From positions 159,618 through 191,617 of the forward strand of contig NZ_CP026530.1 of NCBI RefSeq assembly GCF_004006315.1: a stretch of DNA of 32,000 bases. Reading direction: 5' to 3'. Below are positions 13,614 through 21,884 of this stretch, one piece after another (the stretch's first letter is position 1; each line of letters begins with the position of its first letter). The notes beneath the pieces were generated by a model. It worked only from the letters and a program-made list of their open reading frames with translations, did no database searches and was not told the origin of the DNA. Origin of the DNA: Nautilia sp. PV-1. Its GTDB lineage: Bacteria > Campylobacterota > Campylobacteria > Campylobacterales > Nautiliaceae. The translations under genes were made by a program, and so were the position numbers.

Positions 13614-14330
13614 ATGATTAAACTGCTGCTGATATTGATTTCTTTTATTTTTTCATTTGCTTCCGAAATATATGTGGCTGCTGCTGCAAACACAACATAT
13701 GCAATGCCAGAAATAATTAAAAAATTCAATCAAAAATATCCTGATGTAAAGGTAAATGTTATTCTGGCAAGCAGCGGTAAACTTACGGCACAGATTATGC
13801 ACGGTGCGGAATATGACGTATTTATGGCCGCTAATATGAAATACCCCGAGTTTTTATATAAAAAAGGAATTGCTAAAAGCAAACCGAAAATTTATGCAAA
13901 AGGGGCAATAGCTCTTTTCAGCGTAAAAAATATTAAACTTGATAATTTCAAAAAAGCTCTGTTAAATGCAAAATCTATAGCCATTGCAAATCCTAAAACG
14001 GCGCCTTACGGAAGAGCAGCCGTAGAAGCGATGAAGAATGCCGGTATATACGGTAATGTTAAAAACAGGCTTATTTTTGCCGAAACTGTAAGTGCCGTTA
14101 TTCCGTATACTGTTAATTCCGCAGATATAGGGATTGTTGCAAAAAGTTCACTTTTTTCCCCTAAAATGAAAAAATACAAAAATTTTGCAGACGTTCCCAA
14201 ATCTCTTTATAAACCTATAAATCAGGGTATAATAATGCTTAACAACAAAAAAGGCACGGTTAAGTTTTATAATTTTATTTTTTCAGACGACGCTAAAGAA
14301 GTGTTTAAAAAATACGGGTATATATTTTAA
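13614..14330 (+). CDS. modA: Molybdate ABC transporter periplasmic binding protein
   Basis: 238 aa with a signal peptide. ModA-like motifs AAAAN.., LASSGKL, ANPKTAPYG. First gene of modA-mop-modB-modC. Confidence 0.85.
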   Translation: MIKLLLILISFIFSFASEIYVAAAANTTYAMPEIIKKFNQKYPDVKVNVILASSGKLTAQIMHGAEYDVFMAANMKYPEFLYKKGIAKSKPKIYAKGAIALFSVKNIKLDNFKKALLNAKSIAIANPKTAPYGRAAVEAMKNAGIYGNVKNRLIFAETVSAVIPYTVNSADIGIVAKSSLFSPKMKKYKNFADVPKSLYKPINQGIIMLNNKKGTVKFYNFIFSDDAKEVFKKYGYIF

Positions 14331-14339
14331 AGGATTTTT

Positions 14340-14714
14340 GTGAATAAATTAATCGGCGAGATTACAGATATACAGTCGCTTGAGAGGCTGAATTTAATAA
14401 AATGCAAAGTAGGCTCTCAAACTGTGAATGTTTTAATGCTTGAGATGAATATTGACATGAAGCCCGGGAAAAAAGCAGAACTGCTGATAAAACCGACTGC
14501 GGTCAGTATTTCGGGGGAAAGATGTTCTTTTGAGAATTCATTAAGAGGTCAGATTTCTGAAATCAATAAAGGCGAAATACTCTCAAGTATAACGGTTGAT
14601 GTGGAAGGTTTTGAAATAGAATGTATTATGCTCAGCGAATATGATAATTTTGAGAAAAATGTTTTTGTCATGTTTAAAGCAAACGATGTGGCCATAGGAA
14701 AGGTTTTTGAATGA
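14340..14714 (+). CDS. Stand-alone di-TOBE (Mop-like) molybdate-binding protein
   Basis: 124 aa, GTG start. Two tandem TOBE-like halves ([10 protein letters not shown]...[10 protein letters not shown] and [10 protein letters not shown]...[10 protein letters not shown]). Located between modA and modB. Confidence 0.7.
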   Translation: MNKLIGEITDIQSLERLNLIKCKVGSQTVNVLMLEMNIDMKPGKKAELLIKPTAVSISGERCSFENSLRGQISEINKGEILSSITVDVEGFEIECIMLSEYDNFEKNVFVMFKANDVAIGKVFE

Positions 14715-15385
14715 ATATAGATTTTACCCCTTTTCTGCTTTCTTTTAAGCTGGCGTTTTTTACCACATCGATTTTATTGATTATAGGAATACCGTTTGCA
14801 TGGTTTTTAAGTTCAACCAAATCTAAATTCAAGCCTGTTTTAGAAGCGATAAGCGCTCTTCCTATCGTTCTTCCTCCGTCAGTGCTCGGGTTTTATCTGC
14901 TTGTGTTTCTTTCTCAAAGTTCACCTGTAGGCAGGCTTTTTGAAGAAATGTTTAATATGAAGCTTGTTTTTACATTTGAAGGGCTGGTTGTGGCAAGCAG
15001 TATATATTCTTTTCCTTTTATGATACAGCCCTTGCAAAACGGTTTTGAAAATATTCCCAAAAATATTGTCGAAGCGTCTTATTTAAGCGGTAAAGGAAGA
15101 CTTGCCACGCTCTTTAAAGTAATACTTCCTAATATGAAAACCTCTCTTATGACGGCGGTAATTATTACTTTTGCACATACGGTCGGCGAATTCGGTGTGG
15201 TTTTGATGGTAGGAGGGTCAATTCCGGGTAAAACTGAAGTGGCAAGTGTGGCGATATATGATTATGTTGAAACTCTTGATTACGAGAGTGCGCATATTTA
15301 CAGTCTTATTATGCTTGCAATCAGTTTTGTCGTGCTTTTGTTTGTTTATATTTTTAACGAAAAACAGAAAAAGAGGTTTTTATGA
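14711..15385 (+). CDS. modB: Molybdate ABC transporter permease
   Basis: 224 aa, multi-TM. EAA loop [24 protein letters not shown] overlap with the upstream gene. Confidence 0.9.
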   Translation: MNIDFTPFLLSFKLAFFTTSILLIIGIPFAWFLSSTKSKFKPVLEAISALPIVLPPSVLGFYLLVFLSQSSPVGRLFEEMFNMKLVFTFEGLVVASSIYSFPFMIQPLQNGFENIPKNIVEASYLSGKGRLATLFKVILPNMKTSLMTAVIITFAHTVGEFGVVLMVGGSIPGKTEVASVAIYDYVETLDYESAHIYSLIMLAISFVVLLFVYIFNEKQKKRFL

Positions 15386-16236
15386 TTAAAATAAACATAA
15401 AAAAAATGCTCCACGGAAGCAGCGGAGAGATGGAGCTTGCCTGTGATTTTGAAATTGAAAAAAATGATTTTTTGGCAATTTCAGGTCCAAGCGGAAGCGG
15501 AAAAACAACTCTTCTCAGAATTATTGCCGGACTTGAAGAGTGTGAAGGGGAGATTACTGTAGAAAGTGAGGTGTGGCAGAATAAGAAAATAAAACTTCCT
15601 CCGCAAAAAAGGGAAGTGGGGTTTGTTTTTCAGGATTTTGCCCTGTTTCCCAATATGAGTGTAATTGAAAATCTTTTGTATGTGAAAAAGGATAAAGAAT
15701 TTGCCTTTGAACTTTTGAAAATGGCAGGGCTTGAAGAACTTGCAGTTAGATATCCGAATACATTAAGCGGAGGACAGAAACAAAGGGTCGCGCTTTGCAG
15801 GGCTTTAATGAGAAAGCCTAAAATTTTGCTTATGGATGAGCCTTTTTCCGCACTTGATCCGGTAATGCGTGAAAAACTTCAAAACGACATAGCCGAATTT
15901 CATACCAGATTCGATTTGACCACTATAATGGTGTCTCATTCCCCGAGTGAAATATACAGGCTTGCAAATAAAATGATTGTGCTAAACAACGGAAAAGTGG
16001 AAAAATTATCCTCGCCTAAAGAACTGTTGTTAAAAACAAGCGGATCCGCAAAATTTGCTTTTGAAGGCAAAATTATAGATATAGTGGGGGTTGATGTGAT
16101 AAATATTGCGATTATTTCAATTGCCAATCAGATTGTTGAGGTTGTAATTTCCAAAAAAGAGGCGGAAGAATTAAAAATAGGCGATAAAGTCGTGGTATCA
16201 AGTAAAGCTTATAACCCTTTAATTAGAAAAATATAA
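15382..16236 (+). CDS. modC: Molybdate ABC transporter ATP-binding protein with C-terminal TOBE domain
   Basis: 284 aa. Walker [10 protein letters not shown], signature LSGGQKQR, Walker B LLMDEP. C-terminal TOBE-like segment [10 protein letters not shown]...KVVVSSKA. Confidence 0.9.
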   Translation: MIKINIKKMLHGSSGEMELACDFEIEKNDFLAISGPSGSGKTTLLRIIAGLEECEGEITVESEVWQNKKIKLPPQKREVGFVFQDFALFPNMSVIENLLYVKKDKEFAFELLKMAGLEELAVRYPNTLSGGQKQRVALCRALMRKPKILLMDEPFSALDPVMREKLQNDIAEFHTRFDLTTIMVSHSPSEIYRLANKMIVLNNGKVEKLSSPKELLLKTSGSAKFAFEGKIIDIVGVDVINIAIISIANQIVEVVISKKEAEELKIGDKVVVSSKAYNPLIRKI

Positions 16237-16245
16237 AAAACACAC

Positions 16246-16269
16246 CGTTATATAAAAAAAAATATTACG
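16246..16269 (+). promoter_or_regulatory. Third ModE-type box CGTTATATA-N6-AATATTACG, between modC and modA2
   Basis: Left half-site is perfect, right is 7/9. The downstream leader (ACGAAGGAGGCGATATG) parallels the modA leader (ACGAAAGGCGATACAATG). Confidence 0.55.
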
Positions 16270-16280
16270 AAGGAGGCGAT

Positions 16281-16940
16281 ATGAAAGCTTTAAGTCTGGC
16301 AATGTTATGTTTTATGTATCTGTTCGGTGAAATATATGTGGGAATTCCGGGCGGATACAAAGATATTTTTGTAAAAATGATCAATAAATATAATTCCACA
16401 CATAAAATAAAGGTAAATGCATTATACGGTCCTATGGGGGTGTTGATGGCTCAGGCAAAGCTGAATAATTTGGATGTTATATTGGGTGATCGTGAAAAGC
16501 TGCAAAAAAACGGATTTAAAAACTTTGTAAAACTCGGATACGGCAAACTTGTAATACTTACAAAAGAAAAGCTTAAATGTGTTAATGAAATAAATAATTT
16601 GAAAAGACTTGCTTTGCCTAATCCTAAAGGGACAACATACGGAAAGGCAGCAGCAGAAGCATTTAAAAATTTACATTTACATCCTAATACGGTTATTGTT
16701 TCTTTAATGCCCCAGGGTATAAATTATTTAAAAATTTCACAATGTGACGGTGCGGTTGCAAATAAAACACAGGAAGTTTTATTAAAAAAAAGATTTTACG
16801 CTTTGGAAATTCCTCAAAAATATTACAATACTATTGTGATAGGTTTTTGTGTATTGCATAAAAACCGTGGAGCAGAAGATTTTATAAAATTTTTATCATC
16901 TCCTGAAATTGAAAAATATCTGCAAGGATACGGTATATGA
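16281..16940 (+). CDS. Second, divergent ModA-like periplasmic oxyanion-binding protein
   Basis: 219 aa. Paralogous to modA (GEIYVG.. vs SEIYVAA..; PNPKGTTYGKAAAEAFKN vs ANPKTAPYGRAAVEAMKN). The SSG anion-binding motif is replaced by GPMG. Confidence 0.7.
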   Translation: MKALSLAMLCFMYLFGEIYVGIPGGYKDIFVKMINKYNSTHKIKVNALYGPMGVLMAQAKLNNLDVILGDREKLQKNGFKNFVKLGYGKLVILTKEKLKCVNEINNLKRLALPNPKGTTYGKAAAEAFKNLHLHPNTVIVSLMPQGINYLKISQCDGAVANKTQEVLLKKRFYALEIPQKYYNTIVIGFCVLHKNRGAEDFIKFLSSPEIEKYLQGYGI

Positions 16941-17611
16941 GTAAAGAAGCTGTTTTTTCGTTAATTCTTACATTAAAAGTGCTTTGTGCCGATGTGATAC
17001 TGCTGATTATATTTGGTACTATGCTGGTATACTATTTAATGGAAGAAAACAGTTTTTTAAAAAAAACAGTTTATATGCTTATAGACCTTCCCCTTCTTTT
17101 TCCACCGATAGCCACAGGGTTTTTACTTCTTTGGCTTTTTAGGGATAACGGATACCTCGGTAATATATTAAGCAAAATAAACATTCATATTGTATTCGGA
17201 TTTTGGGGTTTGGTATTAGCCGGATTTGTCGCTTCCGTGTCTTTATTTATCAAGCCTCTTATAGCTTCAATTAGACAGTATCCTAAAAATATAATAGAAG
17301 CTTCGTATATTTCAGGTAAAAGTAAATTTAAAACGTTTATATTTATTATTATGCCGGGTATGAAAAAAGTGTTTATAGTTTCTTTTATTTTAAGTGTTTC
17401 AAGAATTTTCGGAGAAGTAGGTATCAGTTTGATGCTGGGAGGAAATATTCCATTTAAAACCAATACGATTTCAATTGAAATTTTTTCAGAGGTTTTTAAC
17501 GGAAACATAGATACTGCTATGAATTTGAGTTTGATTATGTTTGCCGTATCTTTTGTATTGTTTGTTTTTTTAAAATATATAGAAAGTAATATAAAACATG
17601 ATTTATTCTAA
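16937..17611 (+). CDS. Second ModB-like ABC permease
   Basis: 224 aa. Clear paralogue of modB (EAA loop EASYISGKSKFKTFIFIIMP). ATGA overlap with the upstream gene. No cognate ATPase follows. Confidence 0.8.
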   Translation: MSKEAVFSLILTLKVLCADVILLIIFGTMLVYYLMEENSFLKKTVYMLIDLPLLFPPIATGFLLLWLFRDNGYLGNILSKINIHIVFGFWGLVLAGFVASVSLFIKPLIASIRQYPKNIIEASYISGKSKFKTFIFIIMPGMKKVFIVSFILSVSRIFGEVGISLMLGGNIPFKTNTISIEIFSEVFNGNIDTAMNLSLIMFAVSFVLFVFLKYIESNIKHDLF

Positions 17612-18331
17612 CAGTTTTATAGCGATTTCGGTAAGGGCGTTTCTATAAATTTTTTGTAAATCAACCCATGCAAGTGCTTCATGCGGCAGTACCTGCTGCA
17701 GTCTGTAAAGTCCGCTGTCCTGTTTTTCTATTGTAGAATAAGTCTGGTGTAAATCGCCTAATAAAAACAGTTTGCTTCCTTCACTCATTCTTGAGAGTAT
17801 CATACTCATATATTCCCTTGTGATAAGCTGTACTTCGTCAACAATCAGTACTTCTCCTTCAAGAATTGATACGCCCTGAATCATATTTAAAGGAATAATT
17901 TCAAATTTTTCAAAAAATAGCTGGGATTTTATAGAGTCGTATGTCTGACCTTTGAGATCTCGGTACAGGAAATTAAGCGCGCTTAAAAACCCTCCCGCCC
18001 ATTCAAGCATTTTTTCATCTTTGCTTCCCGGCAGAAATCCTATGTCATAATCGCTGCTGATTCCTATAGGCGGTCTGGTTATAAATATTTTCTTTTTGGT
18101 CAGACTCAAAGCCGTGGCGGTTGCAAGCAGGGTTTTGCCGCTCCCGAATCTTCCTGTTATAAGACTCGCAGGGGCTTCTACCATTGCATAAACGGCGCAT
18201 TTTTGGTAAATATCCAGAGGTTCGAAAATTTTGGCGTTTTTTATTCTTATTTTTGAAGTTTCTGGAATGTTGTCAATTCTCTCAATACCTTTATAAGGGT
18301 TATAGCAATACGCCAAGTCTCTTTCGTTCAT
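17603..18331 (-). CDS. PhoH-like ATPase (PhoH2-type), apparently N-terminally truncated
   Basis: 242 aa from the first ATG. Walker A GRFGSGKTLLA, then ITRPPIG...GFLPGSKDEK and Walker B LIVDEVQ, typical of PhoH. No SD before this ATG. The frame stays open upstream to 18475 (see findings). Confidence 0.75.
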   Translation of the reverse strand: MNERDLAYCYNPYKGIERIDNIPETSKIRIKNAKIFEPLDIYQKCAVYAMVEAPASLITGRFGSGKTLLATATALSLTKKKIFITRPPIGISSDYDIGFLPGSKDEKMLEWAGGFLSALNFLYRDLKGQTYDSIKSQLFFEKFEIIPLNMIQGVSILEGEVLIVDEVQLITREYMSMILSRMSEGSKLFLLGDLHQTYSTIEKQDSGLYRLQQVLPHEALAWVDLQKIYRNALTEIAIKLLE

Positions 18332-18475
18332 TTCATCGTAGGTAATTATAAAATCCCAGTATTTGAGTTCGTAACTGTGTTTTTGTTTTATGTATTCAAT
18401 TACTTCTTTTGCAGGTTTGATACCTATAAAATGACCATATTCAAAATTTTTGTCTTTTATTAGAATGGTAACTCC
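18332..18475 (-). other. In-frame 48-codon extension of the PhoH-like ORF resembling the C-terminal end of a PIN domain
   Basis: My translation: GVTILIKDKNFEYGHFIGIKPAKEVIEYIKQKHSYELKYWDFIITYDE, then MNERD. It has no ATG/GTG/TTG and is bounded by the stop codon of the toxin gene (18476-18478). Confidence 0.5.
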
Positions 18476-18754
18476 TTAGAATGGTTTATATTTAGTAATT
18501 CCTAAGATAATTATTTCCGATTTTGTAATTTTATATGGAATAATATAACCTTTAAAAATCAGGTCTCTGATACTGTCATCATTAAAGTATATTGATTTTC
18601 TGTATTTATATGGGAAAAGAGTTAAATTTTCTATTTTATTTTTTAGTTCTTTTTTAAACTCATAAGCAGATTGAGGCTTGTCTTTTTTTATAAAGTTCAA
18701 AATTGTCTTCATATCATCAAAAAAATGTTTTTCATAAACGATTTTATAGTTCAT
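18476..18754 (-). CDS. Type II toxin, RelE/ParE family
   Basis: 92 aa. Pattern MNYKIVY...DDMKTILNFI....P..A..F...L...I..L..FP....K.......IRDLIFKGYIIPYKI....I.ILGI is typical of ParE/RelE. 11-bp overlap with the upstream small gene. Confidence 0.7.
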   Translation of the reverse strand: MNYKIVYEKHFFDDMKTILNFIKKDKPQSAYEFKKELKNKIENLTLFPYKYRKSIYFNDDSIRDLIFKGYIIPYKITKSEIIILGITKYKPF

Positions 18755-18959
18755 CTATTTTATTCCACATTTGGGAGTGCTCTATAATGTTTCCTTTCAA
18801 TGCTGAGTTTAATCTTTTATTGAATTCGGCTTTATCGTTTTTGAATTTTTCAGACTTGATATAAATATCTTTGGCGATTAAATTGTTAACATAGTCGTTA
18901 ATATCTACATTTTGGAGGTAATCAATAAATTCATCATTTATTTGGATATTAATCTTCAT
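18744..18959 (-). CDS. Putative cognate antitoxin
   Basis: 71 aa, immediately upstream of and overlapping the toxin. Assigned by position; no family recognised. Confidence 0.5.
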   Translation of the reverse strand: MKINIQINDEFIDYLQNVDINDYVNNLIAKDIYIKSEKFKNDKAEFNKRLNSALKGNIIEHSQMWNKIDEL

Positions 18960-18961
18960 AT

Positions 18962-19792
18962 TTATCCTTTCATTTTCATTGAGAAATCTTTAAATGTGGC
19001 CTGATGGATTATAGCTCCGCTGCTTACGGCGTCTATCCCGGTTTGAACGTAGTTTTTAATGTTTTCAAGAGTTACGTTTCCGCTCGCCTCGAGTAATATG
19101 CCTTTATGGTTTTCGTTTCTGTAATTTACGACCTTTTTAATCTCTTCGAAGCTCATATTATCGCACATTACGATATCAGCTCCCGCCTGCATGGCTTCTA
19201 TTGCCATTTCTACGGTTTCCGCTTCTATTTCTATTTTTGTGGTAAACGGTATATTTTCCCTTGCGGTTTTTACGGCTTCTTCTATAGAGTTAAATAGTGC
19301 AAGGTGGGTGTCTTTTAGCATCAGACAGTCATCAAGTCCGAGTCTGTGGTTGGTTACGCCTCCGCATGCCGCCGCATATTTTTCAAATACTCTCAGTCCC
19401 GGTTTTGTTTTTCTGGTATCGAGAATATTTAGCTTTCCGTCTGTCAGTTTTACAAACTCATAAGCGTTGCTGGCAATTCCGCTAGCGTGCTGGAGGATAT
19501 TGAGCATGGTTCTTTCTATTGAAAGAATATCTTTGGCGTTTCCGTAAATTTCAAGGATAATATCGCCATGTTTATAAAAATCACTGTCCCGAAAATAAAA
19601 ATCAAATTTAACATCCGCCAGTTCGCTTAAATGTTTTATATATTCAATTCCCGCAACTACTCCTTCGCTTTTTGCTCTGATTATAGCGGTTGCGTTTTTA
19701 TCTATCAGACTTCTGGCCAGATCTCCTCTTCCGATATCTTCGCTTAACGCGTTTTTTAAAAAATCCACTATCTGGTATTTCATCAGGTTCAT
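18962..19792 (-). CDS. nadC: Nicotinate-nucleotide pyrophosphorylase (quinolinate phosphoribosyltransferase)
   Basis: 276 aa. DTRKTKPGLRVFEKYAAACGGVTNHRLGLDD..MLKDTH signature. ATGA-type overlap with nadA. Confidence 0.92.
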   Translation of the reverse strand: MNLMKYQIVDFLKNALSEDIGRGDLARSLIDKNATAIIRAKSEGVVAGIEYIKHLSELADVKFDFYFRDSDFYKHGDIILEIYGNAKDILSIERTMLNILQHASGIASNAYEFVKLTDGKLNILDTRKTKPGLRVFEKYAAACGGVTNHRLGLDDCLMLKDTHLALFNSIEEAVKTARENIPFTTKIEIEAETVEMAIEAMQAGADIVMCDNMSFEEIKKVVNYRNENHKGILLEASGNVTLENIKNYVQTGIDAVSSGAIIHQATFKDFSMKMKG

Positions 19793-20760
19793 GACAGCTC
19801 CATCATTCTTTGAAGTGCGGTTTTTGCGTATTTTGCAATTTTTGGGTCCACTTCGATTTTATTGTAATCTTTCCCTTCGTCTATCGCTTTTAAAAGTTTA
19901 TAAAGTTCTTCCAAAGTCGTTTCATTCATTGAAGGACATTCCGGTTTTGTGGAACTTAATACGTATATATTAGGATTTATTTCGTTTTTCATTCTGTTTA
20001 CGAAATTAAATTCAGTCCCGATAGCCATAGGAGTTGTAGGGTTTTCTTTTACGTAATTCAGAATCTGGGAAGTGCTTCCGGCAAAATCCGCAAGTTTTAC
20101 CACTTCGGGAGAGCATTCCGGATGAACTACGATTTTGATATCGGGAAATCTTTCTTTGTAAAATTCCACATGTTCGGGCATAAAGAGTTGATGAACGCTG
20201 CAGTGACCGTCAAAACATATCATAGTGGCATCCTGCCAGTTTTCTTCTCCGATAATAGCTGAGGTTATACCGAGTCTGTTTGCGATGTTTCTTCCGAGGT
20301 TTTTATCAGGAAGGAAAAAAATTCTTTTATTTTGGGCGAGAGCCCATTCGATTATTTTCTGTGCGTTTGAGCTAGTACACGTAAGTCCGCCGTTTTCGGC
20401 AACTATGGCTTTTGTTTTGGCTGTTGAATTTATATATGTGATTGGTATAAAATCTATATTGTTTTCTTTCAGGGTTTTTATATTGTTTTCCACTTTAGCC
20501 TCTTCTGCCATTCTGGCCATGGAACAGTCGGAAAGGCGAGGCATGTATACGTCAATATCGGGATTTAAAATTTTTGCACTTTCTCCCATAAATTTAACCC
20601 CGCAAAATATTAGCGGGTTTTTAAGTGAACTTGTTTTTTTGGCAAGTTCTAGACTGTCGCCTGTAAGATCTGCTAAATCAAATATTTCGTCTTTTTCATA
20701 ATAATGCGCTGCTATGGTTATATTATGTTTTTTTATAAGCTCTTTTACTTTATTTAGCAT
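19789..20760 (-). CDS. nadA: Quinolinate synthase
   Basis: 323 aa. NadA-like motifs (CSMA, CTSSNA, HPEC, ECPSMN). Upstream of nadC in the same operon. Confidence 0.9.
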   Translation of the reverse strand: MLNKVKELIKKHNITIAAHYYEKDEIFDLADLTGDSLELAKKTSSLKNPLIFCGVKFMGESAKILNPDIDVYMPRLSDCSMARMAEEAKVENNIKTLKENNIDFIPITYINSTAKTKAIVAENGGLTCTSSNAQKIIEWALAQNKRIFFLPDKNLGRNIANRLGITSAIIGEENWQDATMICFDGHCSVHQLFMPEHVEFYKERFPDIKIVVHPECSPEVVKLADFAGSTSQILNYVKENPTTPMAIGTEFNFVNRMKNEINPNIYVLSSTKPECPSMNETTLEELYKLLKAIDEGKDYNKIEVDPKIAKYAKTALQRMMELS

Positions 20761-20837
20761 TTAGGTCCTTTTTATGCATATGTAAACAATGATTACTTTA
20801 TAAAAATTATATTATAATTTCACAAAAAAGGAAAAAT

Positions 20838-21446
20838 ATGTCACCGTTAATATGGTATTTAATAGCTTATTTGGTAGGAGGAATTCCGTTTGGATATCTA
20901 ATAGCTAAATATTTTGCAGGGATTAATATAAAAGAACAGGGAAGCGGCAATATAGGTGCTACAAACGTGCTTAGGGTTTTGAAACAGACTGATCCTGCCA
21001 AAGCAAAAAAACTTGCTGCGGTTACTCTTTTGCTGGATGCTTTTAAAGGTGCGGCCGTTATACTTGCGGCTAAAATGATGGGAGTCTGTCCGGCTACTCA
21101 ATGGGCGATAGCTGTAATTGCGGTAATAGGGCATTGTTTTTCCCCTTATCTGAAACTTGAAGGAGGAAAAGGCGTGGCGACAACTGCCGGCGTTCTTTTA
21201 GTGCTTGTGCCAAAAGCTGTGCTGGTAGCTATTGTTGTATGGTTTATTATGGCTAAAACGGTTAAAATATCTTCACTGAGCTCTCTAAGCGCGATAATCG
21301 TAGGAATTGCGAGTACTTACGTTTTATATCCTGATCTTCCGATACATTCTCACGCTCCATTGATTATTATCGGGTTTATCGTTCTTTATAAACATAAAGA
21401 CAATATATACAGGCTGATTATCGGGGAAGAAAAAAGAGTAATATAA
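20838..21446 (+). CDS. plsY: Glycerol-3-phosphate acyltransferase PlsY
   Basis: 202 aa, multi-TM. Signature GSGNIGATN and KGGKGVAT motifs. Confidence 0.92.
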   Translation: MSPLIWYLIAYLVGGIPFGYLIAKYFAGINIKEQGSGNIGATNVLRVLKQTDPAKAKKLAAVTLLLDAFKGAAVILAAKMMGVCPATQWAIAVIAVIGHCFSPYLKLEGGKGVATTAGVLLVLVPKAVLVAIVVWFIMAKTVKISSLSSLSAIIVGIASTYVLYPDLPIHSHAPLIIIGFIVLYKHKDNIYRLIIGEEKRVI

Positions 21447-21451
21447 AAATG

Positions 21452-21479
21452 GAGAATTGAGAATTGAGAATTGAGAATA
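21452..21479 (+). repeat. Heptamer tandem repeat (GAGAATT)x3 + GAGAATA
   Basis: Read directly. Spans the plsY-folB junction and includes the predicted TTG start (21464) of folB. Confidence 0.9.
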
Positions 21480-21805
21480 ATTATAAAATATTAATTGAAA
21501 ATTTGGAATTTAAGGCTATAATCGGAATATTGCCCGAAGAGAGGGAAAAAACGCAAAAAGTTTTAGTACATGCGGAAATTGAATATGAAGGCAAAAACAA
21601 TTATATAGATTATGCCGAAGTATGCGATTTAATTGAAAAACTTATGATTGAGAGGAAATTTCTGCTTATAGAAGACGCCATGGAGGCTATAGAAGCTAAA
21701 CTTCTGGAGAAATATCCTCAGATGAAAAGCCTTGAACTTCATATAAAAAAACCTGAAATTTTAAGAAATGCTTTAGTGGGAGTGAAAATCTTAAGAAAAT
21801 ATTAA
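21464..21805 (+). CDS. folB: Dihydroneopterin aldolase-like protein
   Basis: 113 aa with a TTG start inside the heptamer repeat. IENLEFKAIIGILPEEREK.QKV.V.AEIEY fits the FolB N-terminal pattern. Size is typical. Confidence 0.65.
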   Translation: MRIENNYKILIENLEFKAIIGILPEEREKTQKVLVHAEIEYEGKNNYIDYAEVCDLIEKLMIERKFLLIEDAMEAIEAKLLEKYPQMKSLELHIKKPEILRNALVGVKILRKY

Positions 21806-21843
21806 TTTTTTGATATAATTTTTTCAAGTATTAGGTTTGGGGT

Positions 21844-21868
21844 CGTATTCGGCCGCTTGCCGAATACG
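21844..21868 (+). other. Perfect GC-rich hairpin CGTATTCGGC-cgctt-GCCGAATACG
   Basis: 10-bp perfect stem, 5-nt loop, 38 nt after the folB stop and 16 nt before the regulator GTG start. No U-tract. Confidence 0.7.
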
Positions 21869-21884
21869 AAATAAAGGAGAGAGT

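Noticed and set aside
20225-20701. 158-aa plus-strand ORF antisense to nadA, plus smaller ones antisense to nadC (19106-19485) and plsY (20898-21134)
   Set aside because: They fall inside confidently assigned genes and are typical shadow ORFs.
21837-21884. Longer N-terminus (ATG 21837) for the response regulator
   Set aside because: It would translate through the GC-rich hairpin and add MGSYSAACRIRNKGES before a canonical receiver start. GTG 21885 has a well-spaced AGGAG.
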